Source: a virus | Taxonomy: Duplodnaviria > Caudoviricetes | Strand: one strand, 5' to 3' | Length of the DNA: 50,014 nt | Virus record (IMG/VR): IMGVR_UViG_3300036801_000108 | Location: 1 to 50,014 of that record | In this document: positions 1-9,600 of the stretch, in pieces | Numbering within the stretch: the first letter of the stretch is position 1 | How the letters are laid out: every line of letters begins with the position of its first letter | The notes under the pieces: generated by a model | Database searches by the model: none | The model's input: only the letters and a program-made list of their open reading frames with translations | Told to the model about the DNA's origin: nothing | Program-made: the position numbers and the translations under genes

Positions 1-127
1 TGGGGAGGACGTTGATCCCGCCGAACTCGAAGAAATGGGCGGCATCGCCGACAAGTCGATCAAGGACACCTACTACACCACGCCCGATGCCTTGTTCCGA
101 CTGACCCAAGTCCTCGAAAACATGGGC
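1..127. repeat. Terminal direct repeat, copy 1 (circular assembly overlap)
   Basis: Bases 1-127 are identical to 49888-50014; 127 nt matches a common assembler k-mer overlap. Confidence 0.95.
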
Positions 128-271
128 ATCGAAGACCTCGACACCAAGACGGTTCGACAGGCATTGTCCGAAACCCCGAACTGCGCCATCCGCATCGTCG
201 TCGGCCATCGCGCTAGCGAAGACGGTCAGCAAATCTTTGCCGAGGTTAAGCGAACGATGCGCGCCGACTAA
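1..271 (+). CDS. C-terminal part of SSB-like (DUF669-type) protein that starts at 49703 and spans the join
   Basis: 49703-49887 plus 1-271 is 456 nt in one frame (151 aa); follows the Sak4-like ATPase. Confidence 0.7.
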   Translation, partial: GEDVDPAELEEMGGIADKSIKDTYYTTPDALFRLTQVLENMGIEDLDTKTVRQALSETPNCAIRIVVGHRASEDGQQIFAEVKRTMRAD

Positions 272-322
272 CCCTACCCACTTCCCCTACGCTCGGGTGC
301 CGACCAGACACCCAGCGCAACT

Positions 323-357
323 CTCCCGAGCGCCGCGAATGGGCTCGGGAGCCTTTT
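323..357 (+). terminator. Possible intrinsic terminator
   Basis: CTCCCGAGC/GCTCGGGAG stem followed by CCTTTT, downstream of the SSB-like gene. Confidence 0.45.
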
Positions 358-376
358 CCCAACAACCGAGGCCCCG

Positions 377-841
377 ATGCTAGATGAAAACCGAGTATTC
401 GATATATCTTCGATCGAAGCGGAAGTCGCCGAAGCGGTACGTCCATATGCGCCCCGAGGAAATCGACACCCTGCGCAAGCTCCGTTACGAAGGTTGGTCA
501 CTATGCCAGATAGCGAAGTTCATGAAGCGGCCGCAGACCACGCTCAGCCGATGGGTGAACCAGCCCGGCCCGCGGATGCGAGCCAAGCTCTCCTTGCCGA
601 TCGTGGCAGCACCCATGGTTCGTTTGAAAACAACGCCCGCGTCTCCCAGTACATCAAACGCGCCTTCCGTAATGAATCGGGTTGGCACGGTCTTACGGAC
701 GTTGAACGCGAAGCTATGGACATGATCGCGTTGAAGTTCTCGCGATTGCTAAGTGGGAAGTCCCTAGAAAAACAACACTGGGAAGACGTGGTCGGCTACG
801 CTCAGCTTGCGCTTAACCAATGCGTTGTTGAGGCCAAATGA
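377..841 (+). CDS. DUF6378-like phage protein
   Basis: C-terminal RGSTHGSF...MIALKFSRLLSG...HWEDVVGYAQL pattern; GAGG RBS; ATGA coupling to the next gene. Confidence 0.75.
   Translation: MLDENRVFDISSIEAEVAEAVRPYAPRGNRHPAQAPLRRLVTMPDSEVHEAAADHAQPMGEPARPADASQALLADRGSTHGSFENNARVSQYIKRAFRNESGWHGLTDVEREAMDMIALKFSRLLSGKSLEKQHWEDVVGYAQLALNQCVVEAK
384..725 (+). CDS. Possible overprinted helix-turn-helix protein
   Basis: EEIDTLRKLRYEGWSLCQIAKFMKRPQTTLSRWV resembles an IS30/HTH_38-type HTH; lies in the +1 frame inside 377..841. Confidence 0.4.
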   Translation: MKTEYSIYLRSKRKSPKRYVHMRPEEIDTLRKLRYEGWSLCQIAKFMKRPQTTLSRWVNQPGPRMRAKLSLPIVAAPMVRLKTTPASPSTSNAPSVMNRVGTVLRTLNAKLWT

Positions 842-1935
842 CAAAGATTATAGTGCTGGGTGAGGCCTGGGGCGAAGCCGAAGCCCGCATCTCCCAAGGC
901 TTCTGTGGACCTAGCGGAATCGAACTATTAAGGATGCTACATGAAGCAAGAATCATCGAACTCACTCGAGTTGATCGAAACTACATCTCTGACTATTACC
1001 GGCGGGGGGACCCAAAGTCTATTGACTCTATTTGGCGGCTTCACGAAGAGGTCTTTCGCACGAACGTGTTCAATATACATCCGCCCGGGAACCGCCTCGA
1101 ATGGTTCTGCGGTGCTAAAGGTGAGGGTATACAATCCTACCCCACCCTCATCAAATCCGGCTACGTCCGTCGCGAGTTCGAGCCGGAGTTGGATCGGCTT
1201 GGTGAAGAGATTCTCTATCATGATCCTAATCTCATTATCTGTCTCGGAAACACTGCTCTTTGGGCTCTCGCAGGTCGGACTGGAGTTAGCAAACTTCGGG
1301 GTACTACAAGCACTAGCAGTCATTGCGTTAGCGGTTATAAGCTCCTTAGCACTTATCACCCTGCTGCTGTCCTCCGCGAATGGTCCCACCGACCCACCGT
1401 CATCTTCGACCTGATCAAAGCCGCGCGCGAAGCCGAGTTCCCGGAAGTCCGCCGCCCGGCATGTGAAATCTGGATCGAGCCAACTTTGGAGGATATCGAT
1501 GTCTTTACCCGCACCTACATCCAAGGCTGTCGACTCCTTTCTGTGGACATTGAAACGTCTGGAACGCGAATCACATGTCTTGGCATGGCTCCATCAACAG
1601 ACCGAGCCATCGTTGTTCCATTTGATGACGAACGAACAAAGAGCGGATGCTATTGGCCAACTGCGAGTGACGAGAGGCTTGCTTGGGCTGCGATTAAACG
1701 AACTCTTGTCGATCCTGGAATCCTCAAGCTGTTCCAAAATGGCGTCTATGACATCGCCTTCCTCTGGCGAGCATATGGAATCGGAGTAATGGGAGCGGTG
1801 CATGATACCATGCTGGCGCAGCATTCGTTGCAGCCAGAATCATTGAAGGGCCTTGGATATCTCGGCTCCATCTATACCGATCATGGTGCTTGGAAAAGCG
1901 AACGGAAGATGCCGACGATTGGGAGAGACAAATAG
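838..1935 (+). CDS. Uracil-DNA-glycosylase-like domain fused to the N-terminal part of a 3'-5' exonuclease (PolA N-terminal subunit)
   Basis: UDG family 4-like GEAWG, FCGPSG, LGNTA and YHPAA motifs; ExoI VDIETS and ExoII QNGVYD; HDTM. Confidence 0.85.
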   Translation: MTKIIVLGEAWGEAEARISQGFCGPSGIELLRMLHEARIIELTRVDRNYISDYYRRGDPKSIDSIWRLHEEVFRTNVFNIHPPGNRLEWFCGAKGEGIQSYPTLIKSGYVRREFEPELDRLGEEILYHDPNLIICLGNTALWALAGRTGVSKLRGTTSTSSHCVSGYKLLSTYHPAAVLREWSHRPTVIFDLIKAAREAEFPEVRRPACEIWIEPTLEDIDVFTRTYIQGCRLLSVDIETSGTRITCLGMAPSTDRAIVVPFDDERTKSGCYWPTASDERLAWAAIKRTLVDPGILKLFQNGVYDIAFLWRAYGIGVMGAVHDTMLAQHSLQPESLKGLGYLGSIYTDHGAWKSERKMPTIGRDK

Positions 1936-3444
1936 ATGGCCCGCATAATTCGCACAGATCAGTCGAAGCCAGATGATTTTATAAATCAGTGGGAAAGGGA
2001 TCAAATTTATAATGGATTGGATGTATGCATCACCGCCGAATGCCTAGCCGCTCAGCTTCCACAATTCGACACCACCACCCGTGAGACCTATCACTTCTCC
2101 CTCGCGCTCCAAGCACCAGCCCTCGAAATGCGCCTGCGCGGTGTCCGGATCGACCAACAGCGCAAGGCCGAGGTTATCGATGACTTCTACGACAAAATCG
2201 AACGCCTCGAACGCAACCTCGAACGCATTGTCCTCGAAGGCGTGGGGATGTCCGGCTTCAACCCCCGCTCCAACGCCGATCTCCAGGACCTATTCTACAA
2301 CCGCCTTGGCATTCCCGTCATCCGCAAACAAGGACGCCCCACCGTTGACCGCAACGCGCTTGAGAAGATGGAATCCTACACTGTCGCCCGGCCGATTGTC
2401 TCGCACCTGTCCGCGATCCGGGAGCTATCCAAGAAGATTTCGGTACTCAAGACTGAGATCGACCCGGATGGACGAATTCGTACTAGCTACAACATCGCAG
2501 GAACTGACACCGGGCGGTTTAGTTCTAGTTTCTCAGAATTCGGGACTGGTGGCAATCTCCAGAACATTGAAGAAAACCTTCGATCGATCTTTGTGGCCGA
2601 TCCCGGAATGAAATGGGCCAAGTGCGACGCCAAGTCTGGCGAATCCTTCGTCGTTGGCGCTTTGGAATGGAACCTGTTTGATGACCCACGATATTTGGAA
2701 GCATGCGAATCCGGCGATCCTCATACCGCTGTTGCTCGAATCTGTTGGCCACAACTTGCATGGACCGGTAACCTTAAGCGAGATAAAAATCTCGCAGAGT
2801 CACCCTACTACCGACACTACACGTATCGTTTTATGTGCAAGAAGCTCGGACATGGAAGCAACTATGGTGGTAAAGCTGCGACCTTGTCGGCGCAAAGCAA
2901 GCTCCCAATCGAAACGGTCCAAGCCTTCCAGCCCCTCTACTTCCAAGCCTTCCCCGCGCACCTGCTCTGGCAGCAATGGGTCCCGCAACAACTCGCGACC
3001 AAGGGCTACCTAACCTCGCTCGGCGGCCGCAAGCGCTGGTTCTGGGGCAGGAGGACCGAACCGGACACCATCCGCGCGGCCCTCGCGTTCGATCCACAGG
3101 AAACCCTGGCCAAGGTCGTGAACCGGGCCATGCTGCATATCTGGCGCCAGAATTACTGCACCGTTATGCTCCACGACCACGACGCCCTCACCTTCCAATA
3201 CCCCGCACACCTCGAAGACGAAATCATCCCCCGCCTCATGCGTGATCTGATCCAACCTATCCAACTCAAAAACGGACGAATGTTAGCAATCCCATATGAC
3301 TGCAAGGTCGGCTGGAATAAAGGGGAATATGATGCACGATCGAACCCGGATGGGCTCCGCGATTACGAAGCCGGGGACCAAGGGCGCAAGCGGCAGCCGG
3401 AAGTTGGGGTCTTGGATCGAGTCGTTCGTAGAGCATACCGATAA
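1936..3444 (+). CDS. DNA polymerase family A, catalytic subunit
   Basis: ExoIII YNGLD, TDTGRFSS, NLQNI, motif A DAKSGE, motif B KKLGHGSNYG, motif C HDAL. Confidence 0.93.
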   Translation: MARIIRTDQSKPDDFINQWERDQIYNGLDVCITAECLAAQLPQFDTTTRETYHFSLALQAPALEMRLRGVRIDQQRKAEVIDDFYDKIERLERNLERIVLEGVGMSGFNPRSNADLQDLFYNRLGIPVIRKQGRPTVDRNALEKMESYTVARPIVSHLSAIRELSKKISVLKTEIDPDGRIRTSYNIAGTDTGRFSSSFSEFGTGGNLQNIEENLRSIFVADPGMKWAKCDAKSGESFVVGALEWNLFDDPRYLEACESGDPHTAVARICWPQLAWTGNLKRDKNLAESPYYRHYTYRFMCKKLGHGSNYGGKAATLSAQSKLPIETVQAFQPLYFQAFPAHLLWQQWVPQQLATKGYLTSLGGRKRWFWGRRTEPDTIRAALAFDPQETLAKVVNRAMLHIWRQNYCTVMLHDHDALTFQYPAHLEDEIIPRLMRDLIQPIQLKNGRMLAIPYDCKVGWNKGEYDARSNPDGLRDYEAGDQGRKRQPEVGVLDRVVRRAYR

Positions 3445-4567
3445 TTTGGAGTCCCCAACGCTGTTCCGCAAATGGGCTGCGATCTTCACCATCGCAGCGG
3501 CTATGGAGATGAAGTGTTGGCTTCAAACATCCAGCCCGCTTTATCCTAACCTCTATGTCTTTATCGTGGGCCACCCAGGCGTAGGAAAGAATCGGATCAT
3601 CCGCGTGGCGAAGCGATATATGGGAGAGATTCATGAGTTTCACTTTGCACCGACTTCGCTTACTGGAGCGTCCTTGGTGGACACTCTCGCTGCTAGTAAA
3701 CGATTCATCGCTCGCTTACCAGACCCACCGCTTGAATATTTTAACACTACCATCACCGCAGAAGAGCTTACTGCTTTCATGCACAAGTATGACGACGAGA
3801 TGGTGGGGCTACTCAGCGCGTTCTACGACCCAGACCCTTACGCTCAATCGCGACGAGGTCGAGATATTAAGATCAAGATCGATCGCCCACAAGTCAACCT
3901 GATCTCCGGCACCACCCCCAGCAATCTAATCGGTCTTATGCCCGAGTCCGCATGGGATCAAGGCTTTACCTCCCGCGTTATCTTAGTACACTCGGACGAA
4001 CGGATCGTTGGCGATGACTTTGCCGGGACCTCGCGCGAGATGGATACCTCGCTGGTTAATGATATCAAAATGATAGGAGCGTTAAGTGGGGAGTTCAAGG
4101 TCACCGAAGACTATCGTAATGCGGTTAACAATTGGCGGGCGCTGGGTGAGCCCCCTGTCGTCAACCATCCAAAGCTTCTACACTATAAAACGCGAAGGCG
4201 CGTACACTTGTATAAGCTTTCAATGGTTTCGGCTGCGGACCGAAGTGACGTACTTCTCCTCACGAAGGAGGATTTCAATCGGGCTATGGGTTGGCTACTC
4301 GAAGCCGAATGCTTTATGCCTGATATTTTCACCGCAGGCAGTACAGGAACGGATGCTCGCGCGATCGACGAAATCGCCCACTTCATCAGCGTGAGCGATA
4401 AGGGCGAAGGCGTTCCCGAGAACCGAATCGTGAACTTTGCCCGAGCCCGAGTGCCGATGCATTCGATCCTGCGCGTGATCGATATCATGGTGGCGAGTGG
4501 GCAGATTAGCAGCCGAGGCATCGACAAGCACGGGCTGCGATGGTTCCGTGCTGTGCGTCGGGATTAA
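3296..4567 (+). CDS. DUF3987-like P-loop NTPase, probable replicative helicase
   Basis: PNLYVFIVGHPGVGKN Walker A, AEEL Walker B-like, GFTSR, C-terminal wHTH-like region; follows PolA; start uncertain. Confidence 0.7.
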   Translation: MTARSAGIKGNMMHDRTRMGSAITKPGTKGASGSRKLGSWIESFVEHTDNLESPTLFRKWAAIFTIAAAMEMKCWLQTSSPLYPNLYVFIVGHPGVGKNRIIRVAKRYMGEIHEFHFAPTSLTGASLVDTLAASKRFIARLPDPPLEYFNTTITAEELTAFMHKYDDEMVGLLSAFYDPDPYAQSRRGRDIKIKIDRPQVNLISGTTPSNLIGLMPESAWDQGFTSRVILVHSDERIVGDDFAGTSREMDTSLVNDIKMIGALSGEFKVTEDYRNAVNNWRALGEPPVVNHPKLLHYKTRRRVHLYKLSMVSAADRSDVLLLTKEDFNRAMGWLLEAECFMPDIFTAGSTGTDARAIDEIAHFISVSDKGEGVPENRIVNFARARVPMHSILRVIDIMVASGQISSRGIDKHGLRWFRAVRRD

Positions 4568-4854
4568 GGATACTCCCGATCAATCGTCCGGGCTCCATGG
4601 TCTTGCTTATACCCGATCCCGCGTTTCATATCAGCAATATCCTGCTCGACCCGCTCGATCTGGACCTTCTGCACAGCCATTGTGGTTAAGGCCCCAGCAA
4701 TAGTCTTTGCGGTGTCTTTCAATTCTTCAATCTCCTCTTGCATCATGTCGATTGTCTCCGCGAATCGGCCAGATTTGAAGGCATAGATCATCATAGTCCC
4801 GCCGAGACCTGCAAGAACTAGCAGGTCTCCAACACGCACGTTCCAATCGATCAT
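4564..4854 (-). CDS. Small membrane protein (TM helix plus coiled coil), last gene of the late operon
   Basis: N-terminal hydrophobic helix followed by a heptad-rich segment. Confidence 0.65.
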   Translation of the reverse strand: MIDWNVRVGDLLVLAGLGGTMMIYAFKSGRFAETIDMMQEEIEELKDTAKTIAGALTTMAVQKVQIERVEQDIADMKRGIGYKQDHGARTIDREYP

Positions 4855-4877
4855 GATGCAAGCCTGAGGGTGCGTGG

Positions 4878-5576
4878 TTAGTACTTAAAGCTAGCGCCAA
4901 CGACCCCGCGATTGCCCAAACTGGCACAAGCAAGGCCATTGCCGGGGCAGAAGGTCTGGGATCGCGGTTCGAACCCGGCCCAAGTATCGACCACCACATT
5001 GTTGGATAACCGAGTCAACAAGCCGATCCCAACCATTCCCGAGACTGCCCAGACATGGCCCGAGGTCCCGTTGCCAAGTTGCGGGGTCATATCTTGTTCT
5101 TCGAGCCCAACAAAGAAGTAAGGCTGGGCGTTAGGATTGGCAGTGACGCCATTGGGAAGTAAGGGCAGTGATGGCACCGACAGCGAAGTACTGAACGGAT
5201 TGAACACCGAGTTGATCGGCGACCCAGCACCAAGGCGTTCGCGCAGGACTACTGGCCCAGACAGTGCTAGCCCGTTCACCGAACCATTGACATTGGTCAT
5301 CCCGACCGAGCCCTCGGCAAACCAGAACGCCGAAGTGGCGAATGGGCAGGTGTAACCGACCGTGGCATTGAGTTCGCCTTGCACGATCTGAGTGCCGACT
5401 ACAGCACCATTCACCGCACCAGCGGACCCAGCGGTGCCGAGGCCATAATAGAACCCGCATCCGACCGGGTATCCATTGAAGCCCCCGCCCTTGGTAATCA
5501 ACGGCGGCAAATCAGCCCCAAGTACCGGGCTCCCCAGCCCAAGCGCAACAGCAAGCAGAAGACCTTTCTTAATCAT
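4878..5576 (-). CDS. Exported outer-membrane beta-barrel-like protein (rhizobial Omp25/RopB style)
   Basis: Sec signal, mature N-terminus ADLPPLITKG, GFYYG strand, C-terminal GVVGASFKY beta-signal. Confidence 0.7.
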   Translation of the reverse strand: MIKKGLLLAVALGLGSPVLGADLPPLITKGGGFNGYPVGCGFYYGLGTAGSAGAVNGAVVGTQIVQGELNATVGYTCPFATSAFWFAEGSVGMTNVNGSVNGLALSGPVVLRERLGAGSPINSVFNPFSTSLSVPSLPLLPNGVTANPNAQPYFFVGLEEQDMTPQLGNGTSGHVWAVSGMVGIGLLTRLSNNVVVDTWAGFEPRSQTFCPGNGLACASLGNRGVVGASFKY

Positions 5577-5785
5577 AACTTATCCCCTTTTACAAAGTTA
5601 ATGATCTCTGAAAGCACAGGTGCAACGGCGTCGAGATCAGGTTTCGCCTTTGCATAGAGAGCTTCAACCGCGGGCAAGAGTGCAAGTAGGCGCTCGGCTG
5701 CCGGGATCGCGGCCTCGATATCGGTGATGGTCTTGCTTGGCATTCCTGCAATACCAAGCGCGAATTTGATTTCCCCACGCATCAT
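5573..5785 (-). CDS. Small amphipathic helical protein in the lysis region
   Basis: 70 aa ORF packed between the holin candidate and the OMP gene. Confidence 0.6.
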   Translation of the reverse strand: MMRGEIKFALGIAGMPSKTITDIEAAIPAAERLLALLPAVEALYAKAKPDLDAVAPVLSEIINFVKGDKL

Positions 5786-5786
5786 G

Positions 5787-6134
5787 CTATGCGCCCTTCG
5801 CAGTTTGGATTAAGGTTGCGCGCACTTCTGGCGTAGTGGCAGCGGCCTTCGGTTGCGTTGGGTCGGTAGCGATGGCAGCAGCCGCAGGTGTGGCTTGCTC
5901 ATTGAACAAGACCTTAGCCACTCCCGGCATCGCGGTCACGTCTTTAATCTGTGCAGTTTGCGTGGTCAAGGCCACAGTCACCGATTGCAGAATCATATTC
6001 GCTAGGCCTGCGATGGTGACGATGTACTTGGCCCATCCAGCACCAATTAGGTCGGTGAGTTGCGCCGATGACACCATCAACACACTGATGATAGCGCCGA
6101 TGATAGCGATGATCTGCTTGCTGTTTAGGTTCAT
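5787..6134 (-). CDS. Putative holin
   Basis: Two TM helices; ATGA-coupled to the endolysin. Confidence 0.65.
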   Translation of the reverse strand: MNLNSKQIIAIIGAIISVLMVSSAQLTDLIGAGWAKYIVTIAGLANMILQSVTVALTTQTAQIKDVTAMPGVAKVLFNEQATPAAAAIATDPTQPKAAATTPEVRATLIQTAKGA

Positions 6135-6658
6135 GCTGCACTTCCTTTCTGAACCATTTTCAAAGCATTGGCTTTCACAAACTGCACTCGATTCAACCAG
6201 CCTTTCAAGAATCGGGGCTGATGCAAGGATCGGTAGAAGGCTTCCTTGGCATTGGAGTAAGACTGAATAAGCGCGGTTGGGTTAGCATTAGCAATCGCTT
6301 GTCGTGTAATCGGCCCAATTCGTCCATCCGAAGCAACACCGAGGGCGCGTTGGAGGAGTACTGTCGCACGTCCTGGGCCGGCGTTAACCGCCATATCGAA
6401 GTACATGTAGTCGGTTCCATTCGGTAGCAGGTCACAGTACGGCTCCCAATATTCATCGTGATAGATGATTTCGATATCGGATTGTGGGGCACGCCAAACA
6501 TCAAGGGTTGGCTCGCGATGCTCTCTACGCCATGCATCGTATTCACGCTGGGTGATTCCGCGTGATGTTCGCCCGCCATGATCATTGGGATCATCATCAT
6601 TGCCTCCTTCGGATTGAAGGATATAACCAAGACTCTGTTTCCAGTTTGCCTGCATCAA
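6131..6658 (-). CDS. Endolysin, glycoside hydrolase family 108 with peptidoglycan-binding domain
   Basis: EGG..DDPNDHGGRTSRGIT, FDMAVNAG, LQRALGV..DGRIGPIT, FLKGWLNRV. Confidence 0.92.
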   Translation of the reverse strand: MMQANWKQSLGYILQSEGGNDDDPNDHGGRTSRGITQREYDAWRREHREPTLDVWRAPQSDIEIIYHDEYWEPYCDLLPNGTDYMYFDMAVNAGPGRATVLLQRALGVASDGRIGPITRQAIANANPTALIQSYSNAKEAFYRSLHQPRFLKGWLNRVQFVKANALKMVQKGSAA

Positions 6659-9600
6659 TCTACCCTCGTTTTCTGTTGCTTGCCAGTTACTACTCCACGG
6701 AAGACTTCACCTGCGGTCCGGGGCTTGGGCTGCGCGCCGGTAGCGAGGTCGATGCCATAGTGCGCGAGCGAGCCGATATGCGCGCTGCCGATTCCGGTGA
6801 AATCGCCGAGGGTGGTCAGCGCGTCATGCACGAACTTGCCTGCGTTCTGTTTTGCCAATGGCCGATCCTTTTTAGCATCGCGAATCAATTGCACTGGATC
6901 GTGGAGCAAGGTCGATAGGGTCCCGATTGCTGGCTCGCGGTTGTGTTCCAGCGCATAGAAGATATCACGAATGCCGATGACTGATTGGCCAAGGGTGCCG
7001 AAGGTGTAGGCAAGCGCATGCGAGAGCAGTCCGCCCTTCTTGCGTTCTTCATAGAACTGGGCCGATACCGCTTCCTCAACTAACATCGGCCAAAGCATGT
7101 ACACAAAGGTCTTGCGGGCGATCGTGGGAAACATCTTAGCAGCTTCGGTGAATTCGCCACTGGTGCCAAGGTGATAAGCATCGGCAGTGTCATGCCCGAG
7201 CTCGATCAACCGCTGCATCCGTGTGCCCCAGAAGCCGTAGATGGTCGAGAGCCAAGGCGCAAGGACACCACGATTGGTGGCGACGGGTGGGGCGTTGGTG
7301 ACGGCAGTGGACCCATGAGCCCGTCGCACAGCGCGGTCGGCAACGTCACGAGCGCGGGCCACATCGCCGGTTTCTTCAATTGCATCACGATACACCGCCA
7401 ACCACGTCGGGTCCGCCGACAACCGATCCGAGAACGCCACGCCCTTGGACCCGATCTCGATGAACTTGCGGCGAAAGGCTTCAAAGCGTGAGCCGGTCGC
7501 AGTGAGATGGGACCCGGAGATGGTTTCCTGGAAGTTCTGGGTCCGCCGTTCGATTTCCTCGGACTCATGCTCAATGAACTTGGTTACCGAGTCGCCAAGA
7601 TCACGAGACTTGCCAAACAGATCAAGCGTGGCATCGGCGAATGCTGATGGTGTGGTTTCGGCCCAAGCCTTGGCGAAGGATTTGTACCCGGCTTCTTCGG
7701 TCGAGAACATTGCCGCAGTGGGCCCGTGCTTCATGATAGTTGTGGCGCTGTAGGCAATATGCGAGGCTACCACGTTCTGCCGCATCCAGCTTGACCAACG
7801 AGCCATTAGGCCAATGGTATCGGAATCGTAGCTCGCGTTACCCGCGATCTTGGTGAGCCAGTGGTTGATGGTTTCGACATATTCAGCGCCGTAATGATCC
7901 CGCACTGCGGCTTGAAAGGATTTGTTCCGGGTGATCTTCGCGGTTTCGTGCACGAATTGGCGGAACGCGACATCGTGTAGGACTTGGTTCAGCTTGACCG
8001 GGATCATGTCCTGCGCAAGACTAATGGTATAGATCGCACCGGTGCGTCGTTTGGTGTAGCTGTTCGAGGTCGAGGGCCAGAAGTTGGCGTATGCCGGATT
8101 GTTTGGGTCGTCTTCGCGGATTGGAGACCGGAGTTCGTCGCGGATCAGCGGATGGTACCATCCGGGGAGTTGACGGCCATCAGGAAGATCGACCGGGCGC
8201 ACGCTGATCTTCTCAGGCGCGATGCCGTAGAGTTGGCCATAGACATTGCGCGTGAGTTCATAGGCTTCGTTGAACACATCCCCAAGCTTCTGTGCGCGGT
8301 CGAACATTTCCGGTGGTGCCACTCTCATCACCGTGTCCCACAGCCCCTGTGGCGACTTCGGGCCTTGCTTCTCACCATAGCCCCAGCCCTTCGCGAACAC
8401 GCGCCAGTTGTAGTCGTTGCCCATGTTCGAGACCACGGTCATCATGTTCGCGCGGGTGAAGTCGCGAACGGGCTCGCCGGTCTTAGGATCGATGATTGGT
8501 GAAACCATCTTCTTGTTCGGGTCCGCGATGTCGCCAATGGCCTTGTACTTGGCCGAGAAGTCTCGATCGAGCTTGTTGTAAGCATTGGCCGCGCGGGCTG
8601 CTGGGTAGCTAAAGGTCCGGGTGAATAGACCGTCCGGGTCCCGGCCATCGAATCGGGCGAATAGTGTTTCCAGTCCGGTGTGCCACGCGACCCCGCGCTT
8701 GATCATGCTAGGTTTGCCCTCAGCGCCGTAGTCGATCACCCGAGGAAACTTAGTCTGGACTGTCTCGTTCAAGCGGCCGACCAGATCGGTTAGGTCAGCC
8801 GAGCGCCCTTGATCATCCCATTGTTTGATACTGCGACCGAAGTTATGTAGTGAGGCAACCGAATCATTAAGCTCGCGGAACTCGGCAACGGTCAAGTCCG
8901 GCACAGCCTTGCCCGGGCCTTTGTCATAAAGCCAATCCGCGATCGGAAGCTCGATGCCTTCTAGGCCATATTCCCGATTGGTCCGCTCAACGAAGTCCTG
9001 CAAGCCTTTGTATCCAGAATCCGCTAGGCTTTCCTCCAACCACTGCACTGACATGCCGTATGGTCGCTGGACCTTGGACAGGATATCTCGAATCATCAAC
9101 TGGAACGATGGGTCCACCGAGCCGGGCTTTGTCGGGTCCCAACGCTTGGCATAGCGCTTTGCCAAGGTATCGAACTTGCCGAGTTCGGCTTGGACCTTCT
9201 TCATCTCGGCAACCCGAGTGAGGTTGTATTCTCGTTGTTGCGCTAGCTGAAATGCCGTGTTCCAATCCTCGGCCCGGTGCGCGGCTTCGATCGCGCGACC
9301 TTGCTGGCCAATCTTGTTCATCAACCGCTCGGTGTCGATCGCGGCCATCGGGACCCCTTGAAAGTCCTCACGAACCTTGGCCCGGATGTTATCGCGCGAC
9401 GCTGGCAGTTCGCCGATCTTGTTGGCGTAGTATAAGGTTTCCTGATGTACTCGTTCTTGGTAAACATCACTGGCAATATGTTCTTGCGCAGCGTCAATGA
9501 TGTTGTTCTCCAACACACCATGCTGCAATTGCATCTGCCGATCGGTTTCGGTGTCGATCACGCGTGATACGAAGTCCCGAGCCGACATCTTGGACATAAC

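Noticed and set aside
275-376. tRNA or other ncRNA after the SSB-like gene
   Set aside because: Only two hairpins, with no cloverleaf or T-loop consensus; treated as a terminator region.
1933-1935. Genome-wide TAG recoding
   Set aside because: Other genes are full length under code 11, some end normally in TAG (for example the holin candidate), and no suppressor tRNA was seen.
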